The translations under genes and the position numbers were made by a program. Shown here piece after piece: positions 27,587 to 32,000 of a stretch of 32,000 bases of DNA. Source of the stretch: Nitrosomonas europaea (GTDB lineage Bacteria; Pseudomonadota; Gammaproteobacteria; Burkholderiales; Nitrosomonadaceae); assembly GCF_900167395.1 (NCBI RefSeq), contig NZ_FUWK01000001.1:30001-62000 (forward strand). The letters run 5' to 3'. The notes under the pieces are model-generated. The model was not told where the DNA came from. It saw only the letters and a program-made list of their open reading frames with translations, and ran no database searches. Positions within the stretch are counted from its first letter, which is position 1, and every line of letters begins with the position of its first letter.

Positions 27587-28132
27587 TCAGTAAGGAGGGG
27601 GCGGAGGAGGATGGCCCGGGGGTGGAGGTGGGATATATCTGCCCGAAGAAGATGGATTGGAAGTCACCCCCTGACCCATATTACCGCCCGACCCTTCGAT
27701 CAATCCGGCAGAAACCGGCACACGATGGCCATTGGCATACATACACTGAATATAGGCAATATCATAACGTTCCTGACTGATGGAGCCCGAAGATTGTGCA
27801 GTCCCACTGCCCGCCAACCCTCCTCCCAGCAATCCCATCCCTGCGCCGACAGCCGCCCCGCGCCCGCCGCCCAGCGCAGCACCGGCTGCCGCACCCAGAG
27901 CAGCACCCAGAGCAGCACTTTCCATACCACTGGAAACTGCTGAATTCTTGGGAGTTTCATAATTGGTCTGCTGATTGGCAAACTGGCGACATAAATAATC
28001 ATCGCCACGGAATTGATCGAAATTTTTACCAACGCCCGGAAGCACCATAACGCTCGGCCCAAGCGGAATATTCACACACGCTACAAGCGATACTGCTGCT
28101 GAAAGCACAATCAATCTGGAAAAATGGCGCAT
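27587..28132 (-). CDS. glycine-zipper lipoprotein with a polyproline C-terminus
   Basis: Lipobox LVAC in MRHFSRLIVLSAAVSLVAC. The glycine zipper is AALGAALGAAAGAALGGGRGAAVGAGMGLLGGGLAG, with a conserved YIQCMYANGH block. The C-terminus is YIPPPPPGHPPPPPPY. An AGGAG RBS lies upstream. Confidence 0.7.
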   Translation of the reverse strand: MRHFSRLIVLSAAVSLVACVNIPLGPSVMVLPGVGKNFDQFRGDDYLCRQFANQQTNYETPKNSAVSSGMESAALGAALGAAAGAALGGGRGAAVGAGMGLLGGGLAGSGTAQSSGSISQERYDIAYIQCMYANGHRVPVSAGLIEGSGGNMGQGVTSNPSSSGRYIPPPPPGHPPPPPPY

Positions 28133-28145
28133 ACATACTCCTGCA

Positions 28146-28679
28146 TTATTGAGCGGGTCGGGGAGGTATTTTTACCCAGCCCCCCGGACAGCGTTCTACT
28201 TCTTCCGGATAATAACCGGCCGGATTTTCACAATAGTACCAGTAATTCGTAACCGCCGATTCGGGAGGGGGGGGTACCAGTCGGGCAGGTTGCTGTTGAA
28301 TATAAACCGGCGGATCAGGCGGTACGACCACGACTGGAGGATAATAAACAGTCGGAGGATAGGCGGGCCAGTAAAAACGGCTGGCCGGATAACCATAACC
28401 GTAAGGCCGATAATAAGGTCGGCGGGAATAAGGATACGACCGCCCGTAGCCGAAGCTTCCGTAAATCCCGACATTGCTGCCGGGGTAATTGTAATAGCCG
28501 TAAGATCCGAAAGTACTTGTCAGGCCCACACCCAGGGAAAAATTTCGTTTGCCTGAATAATGGCCATGAGAGCGATTGTGATATCCATGTGAATGCCCGT
28601 GGCTGTAGCTCCAGGAAACACCACTTGCTATCATTCCGGCCAGAATCAGAGACAGATGAAGCCAGTTCAGCCTTTTCAC
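28146..28679 (-). CDS. secreted Tyr/Gly/Pro-rich low-complexity protein with a His-Gly N-terminal tract and a C-terminal YWYYC...C motif
   Basis: A signal peptide (MKRLNWLHLSLILAGMIASGVSWS) is followed by HGHSHGYHNRSHGH, YG/YP repeats, and NYWYYCENPAGYYPEEVERCPGGWVKIPP. It lies 13 nt upstream of, and is co-oriented with, the glycine-zipper gene. Confidence 0.6.
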   Translation of the reverse strand: MKRLNWLHLSLILAGMIASGVSWSYSHGHSHGYHNRSHGHYSGKRNFSLGVGLTSTFGSYGYYNYPGSNVGIYGSFGYGRSYPYSRRPYYRPYGYGYPASRFYWPAYPPTVYYPPVVVVPPDPPVYIQQQPARLVPPPPESAVTNYWYYCENPAGYYPEEVERCPGGWVKIPPRPAQ

Positions 28680-28932
28680 TCATTACTCCTCATATCCGTG
28701 GTACATTTATTTTGATTATTTTGAAATCTGCTCGCCGTATTGTCACTTAGGCCACATCCTCTGACAAAGGTTTCATAAACCATCCAGTATACGCGCTCTG
28801 AAAAAGAACATGGATGCACGGATATTGCTGGGAAAACAGAAAGATACCTGCATCCTCCTGACCAGAAACGATGGCGTACATTTTTACTTTGAATCACACA
28901 TTTCCTGATAACTGATCTGGGGAGATATTTTG

Positions 28933-29655
28933 ATGTCTGGATTGTTTAGTGCGCTTTCACGCGCGTCGGCTAATCTTCTCAACCCGCGCATGCTATGGCT
29001 GTGGAGCTGGCCAATGCTGGTATCAGCCATTTTCTGGTGGCTGATCGGCATGTTCTTCTGGACGCCGCTGTCCGGTTGGGTATTGACCGTCATTCCGGCA
29101 GACACACTTCAAAACTGGCTGGAATCTTCACGTCTGCAAGTCATTGCCGATAGCGTGGAAAGCATCATCAACGTAATCATTTTTGTGACATTGGCGATCA
29201 CCACGAGTCTGGTGATCACCGCGCTGGTCACCATGCCGGCTCTGGTCAATTTTGTAGCGAAACGCTACTATCCTGATCTGGCCAGGATGCAGGGCGGAAC
29301 AATCACCGGCAGCCTGCGCAATGTAATTTCAGCGATAACGATTTTTTTCATTCTCTGGATAATAACCATTCCTTTATGGTTCACCGGAATTGGTCTACTT
29401 GCTCCCCTCCTGGCTGCCGCTTACCTGAACCAACGGCTATTTTTCTATGATGCACTTTCCGAACATGCCAACAGTTCCGAACTGGACAAACTATCTTCCA
29501 TAGATCGATCGATGCGCTGGAGCCTGGGTTTTCTGACAGGTTTGCTACAATTCATACCCTTCCTGAATTTTTTCGCGCCCACTCTGACTGCCCTGGCTTT
29601 CACACATTTCGAACTGGGCCGGTTAGCAAAATTGCGTCATACAGCAGCTGCCTGA
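28933..29655 (+). CDS. polytopic inner-membrane protein, EI24/CysZ-like (tentative family call)
   Basis: About 4-5 hydrophobic helices. The N-terminus MSGLFSALSRASANLLNPRMLWLWSWPML resembles EI24-domain proteins. A GGAGA RBS lies 7 nt before ATG 28933, and TTG 28930 is the alternative start. Confidence 0.5.
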   Translation: MSGLFSALSRASANLLNPRMLWLWSWPMLVSAIFWWLIGMFFWTPLSGWVLTVIPADTLQNWLESSRLQVIADSVESIINVIIFVTLAITTSLVITALVTMPALVNFVAKRYYPDLARMQGGTITGSLRNVISAITIFFILWIITIPLWFTGIGLLAPLLAAAYLNQRLFFYDALSEHANSSELDKLSSIDRSMRWSLGFLTGLLQFIPFLNFFAPTLTALAFTHFELGRLAKLRHTAAA

Positions 29656-29703
29656 TCGTCATATAAGCTCTCCTTTCTTCCTGTTTCGACGGCAAAATAA
29701 AGT

Positions 29704-29748
29704 TTTTTCCGGATCGTCCGATATCAAAAGATATTACGTCCGGAAAAA
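29704..29748 (+). promoter_or_regulatory. 45-nt nested inverted repeat immediately 5' of the REC-GGDEF-EAL start codon
   Basis: tttttccgga (29704-29713) pairs perfectly with tccggaaaaa (29739-29748). An inner repeat, gatatc..gatat, lies between the arms. The 3' arm ends 6 nt before ATG 29755, where an RBS would sit. Confidence 0.3.
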
Positions 29749-29754
29749 TCTGAA

Positions 29755-31479
29755 ATGCCATACGGAAAACTGAGACTCCTGATCGCAGGTCACTCCAAAG
29801 CTGATGTAGAACAATTATCTGCCGATTTTGGCCGTAATGGAGTACAGCTCATTTACCAGCATGTAAACAGCCTGTCTGATATCCAGTCAGCACTGAATAC
29901 ATCAAGCTGGGACGCTATCATCACCGAACACTCGATGGCCGGATTCGATACCATGCAGGCATTGGATCTGATGAAAGCCTGTCATCAGACAATTCCCTTT
30001 ATTCTGTACACCGCAGTAACGGATGAACAAGCAATACTTCCCCTGTTGCACAACGGAGCAAACGGTTGTGTAACAAAAGGGCACTCAATGCAACTCATGC
30101 TGGCAATCAGTCGAGAACTTGAATACCTTGATCTGAAACGCAGAAAACGCCAGGCTGACAGCCATATCTACCGCATGACCTACTATGATGAGCTGACCGG
30201 TCTGCCCAAACATAATCTCTTTCGGGAGAAAGCAGTATCGCTGCTGCCGGACAATGCCATCAATGGCGACATGATCGCTGCAGTTTATTTCATCGATGTC
30301 AATCGCTTGTCGCGCATCAACAGCAAATATGGTTACAGTATCAGCGACAATCTGATACAGCAGCTGGCCAGCCGACTATCCATATATTCCGACAAGACTG
30401 GTATCCTGGCACGCATCGAAGGGAGCAATTTCGTTTTTCTCAAAACCGGCCTGACCGGCGCCGATCAGGCACAGATCTTGGCCAATCAGTTACTGAAACT
30501 CGCCACAGCTCCTTTCATCATTAATAACCTTGAGTTTTATATCACCCTGAATATAGGAATCAGCCTCTATCCACGTGATGGTCGAGACATCGAAACACTG
30601 CTCGCCAATGCCGAAAATGCACTGTTTTCCACTAAAAGATCCTGGCCCAATACTTACAAATTCTATACTGCAGAAATGGGAGAGGCTTTATCGCAAAAAA
30701 CCAGGATCGAGCAATCATTACAACACACCCTCAATGACAGGGAATTTATTCTGCATTACCAGCCGATAATTGATCTCAAAACCGACAGCATTGTCGGTGC
30801 TGAAGCGCTGGTCCGGTGGCAACACCCTGAGCTGGGATTACTTTCACCGGATAAATTTGTTTCCCTGGCAACCGAATCCGGCTCCATTATCAAAATCGGC
30901 AAACGGGTATTACATGAAGCCTGCAGACAGGCTAAATGCTGGCAGGACAGCAATCATGGACCTGCTTTCGTTACAGTCAATATCTCTGCCATAGAACTGG
31001 ATCAGCTTCAGTTAATCAAGCATGTTGCCGAAGCATTACAAATAACGGGCCTCGATCCTGCCAGGCTGGAGCTGGAGATCAGCGAATCCGTACTGATGCA
31101 GGATATCGATGGAAGTATCAGGATATTGAATAAATTAAAAGAAATGGGAATCAGGGTCGTAATGGACAACTTTGGCACTGGTTATTCATCGCTCAATTAT
31201 CTGCGGCGCCTGCCTGTTGACACTATCAAGATCGGCCAGCCACTCGTTCAGGATATTGCCAGCCAATCTGATACTTCTGTGATCATCACAGCCATCGTCA
31301 CACTGGCCCGGAATCTTGGCATGCAAATACGTGCAGGCAATGTTCAGTCACGCACACAACTGGATTTTCTGCAGAAAGCAAATTGCCATCACGTTCAAGG
31401 ATTTCTGTTCAGCCCTCCTGTTTCAGCAGAGAATCTTTTACCCCTCATTGAACAATGCAAAACCGGAACCTTCGCATAA
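29755..31479 (+). CDS. receiver-like + GGDEF-like + EAL-like signalling protein; all three domains appear degenerate
   Basis: In the REC-like N-terminus the acceptor position reads ITEHSM, with Glu at 29926-29928 instead of Asp, and the acidic DD pair is replaced (LLIAGHS). The GGDEF site reads EGSNF (30418-30432). In the EAL domain, EALVRW, NIS, ELEISE and QGFLFSPP are present, but DDFG is DNFG (31165-31170), KID is KIG, and EGVE is GNVQ (31333-31347). Confidence 0.9.
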   Translation: MPYGKLRLLIAGHSKADVEQLSADFGRNGVQLIYQHVNSLSDIQSALNTSSWDAIITEHSMAGFDTMQALDLMKACHQTIPFILYTAVTDEQAILPLLHNGANGCVTKGHSMQLMLAISRELEYLDLKRRKRQADSHIYRMTYYDELTGLPKHNLFREKAVSLLPDNAINGDMIAAVYFIDVNRLSRINSKYGYSISDNLIQQLASRLSIYSDKTGILARIEGSNFVFLKTGLTGADQAQILANQLLKLATAPFIINNLEFYITLNIGISLYPRDGRDIETLLANAENALFSTKRSWPNTYKFYTAEMGEALSQKTRIEQSLQHTLNDREFILHYQPIIDLKTDSIVGAEALVRWQHPELGLLSPDKFVSLATESGSIIKIGKRVLHEACRQAKCWQDSNHGPAFVTVNISAIELDQLQLIKHVAEALQITGLDPARLELEISESVLMQDIDGSIRILNKLKEMGIRVVMDNFGTGYSSLNYLRRLPVDTIKIGQPLVQDIASQSDTSVIITAIVTLARNLGMQIRAGNVQSRTQLDFLQKANCHHVQGFLFSPPVSAENLLPLIEQCKTGTFA

Positions 31480-31621
31480 TCCTGTTTCCAAAGCACCCTT
31501 GACCGGAGAAAATTGCTTTATCATTTCCGTTGTCCGGTACAGCGCCAACGGGCAGACAAATTTCACCCGTCCCGCCTTACTGGATTGACCAGACTATGAA
31601 CGATATTTTTCAGGGGTAATA

Positions 31622-32000
31622 ATGATCAACGTAAAGAAATTACTGAGTCTCGCACTTTCGGGATGGCTATTTCTATCCATGAGCGCTCAGGCTACCGAAG
31701 AACAGGCAACGTCACACCACACAAACGCCGCTGATGTCACTACACTGGAAAAAATAGATACCCAGGTTGGGACAGGTGAAGAGGCGGATATTGGCAAAAC
31801 CGCCAAGGTGCACTATACAGGCTGGCTGTATGATGCTGCTGCCGAAGGCCACAAAGGCAGGAAATTCGACAGTTCTTACGATCGTGGAAGTCATTTTTCA
31901 TTCCTGCTCGGAGCCGGGCGGGTTATCAAAGGGTGGGACCAGGGTGTTATGGGTATGAAGGTAGGTGGCAAACGCACTCTGATCATTCCCTCTTCCATGG
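31622..32000 (+). CDS. FKBP-type peptidyl-prolyl cis-trans isomerase, secreted; 3' end lies outside the window
   Basis: ATG 31622 follows AGGGG. Signal peptide [24 protein letters not shown], then VHYTGWLYD...[43 protein letters not shown], which is the canonical FKBP core. The frame stays open to the end of the window. Confidence 0.85.
   Translation, partial: MINVKKLLSLALSGWLFLSMSAQATEEQATSHHTNAADVTTLEKIDTQVGTGEEADIGKTAKVHYTGWLYDAAAEGHKGRKFDSSYDRGSHFSFLLGAGRVIKGWDQGVMGMKVGGKRTLIIPSSM

Noticed and set aside
27611-28062. Plus-strand ORFs of 110, 60 and 84 aa, and a second minus-frame ORF of 120 aa, all overlapping the glycine-zipper gene. There are also alternative-frame ORFs over 28149-28683.
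   Set aside because: These are mirror or shifted readings of Gly/Ala/Pro-coding repeats, rich in Pro, Arg and Ala. Only the frames with a signal peptide or lipobox plus an RBS are credible.

Overview
The window looks like chromosomal DNA from a Nitrosomonas-like betaproteobacterial ammonia oxidiser. The first 153 nt encode the C-terminus of a c-552/c-551-type cytochrome that matches my recollection of N. europaea cytochrome c-552. The organism call is an inference.

The housekeeping backbone has two parts:
- Left part (1-9141): 2-hydroxyacid dehydrogenase, MHS-type MFS transporter, an AT-rich FemAB/CelD-like GNAT gene, hda, a HAD-IB hydrolase, a TIGR04073-like exosortase-associated protein, and guaB-guaA.
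- Right part (22268-32000): perM (minus strand), purM-purN-DUF3108, an rsmB-like methyltransferase, a small CPVC thioredoxin-fold protein, a two-gene operon of low-complexity secreted proteins, an EI24-like membrane protein, a REC-GGDEF-EAL protein, and the start of an FKBP isomerase.

About 13 kb (roughly 9142-22267) sits between guaA and perM and looks like a mosaic accessory island. I see no integrase, transposase, tRNA or clear att repeats in it. It contains:
1. A 695-bp ORF-poor leader carrying palindromes.
2. A visibly GC-richer 1708-aa single polypeptide that fuses a DEDD-type exonuclease-like domain, a RecQ-type SF2 helicase core, a ~440-aa region with no motifs I recognise, a UvrD-type SF1 helicase core and a small C-terminal domain.
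3. A decayed DUF262 (GmrSD/SspE/DndB-like) gene remnant immediately downstream of it.
4. A universal-stress-protein::ABC1/UbiB-kinase fusion with a C-terminal membrane anchor.
5. A SAM::class III nucleotidyl cyclase::STAND(AAA)::TPR protein.

The exonuclease-RecQ-UvrD fusion beside the restriction-like relic is my best candidate for an undescribed nucleic-acid surveillance or defence function. The USP-kinase plus cyclase-STAND pair is the second candidate, as a possible cNMP signalling or conflict module.

No rRNA, tRNA, CRISPR array or IS element was found. All domain calls come from motif recognition by eye, and no database search was run.
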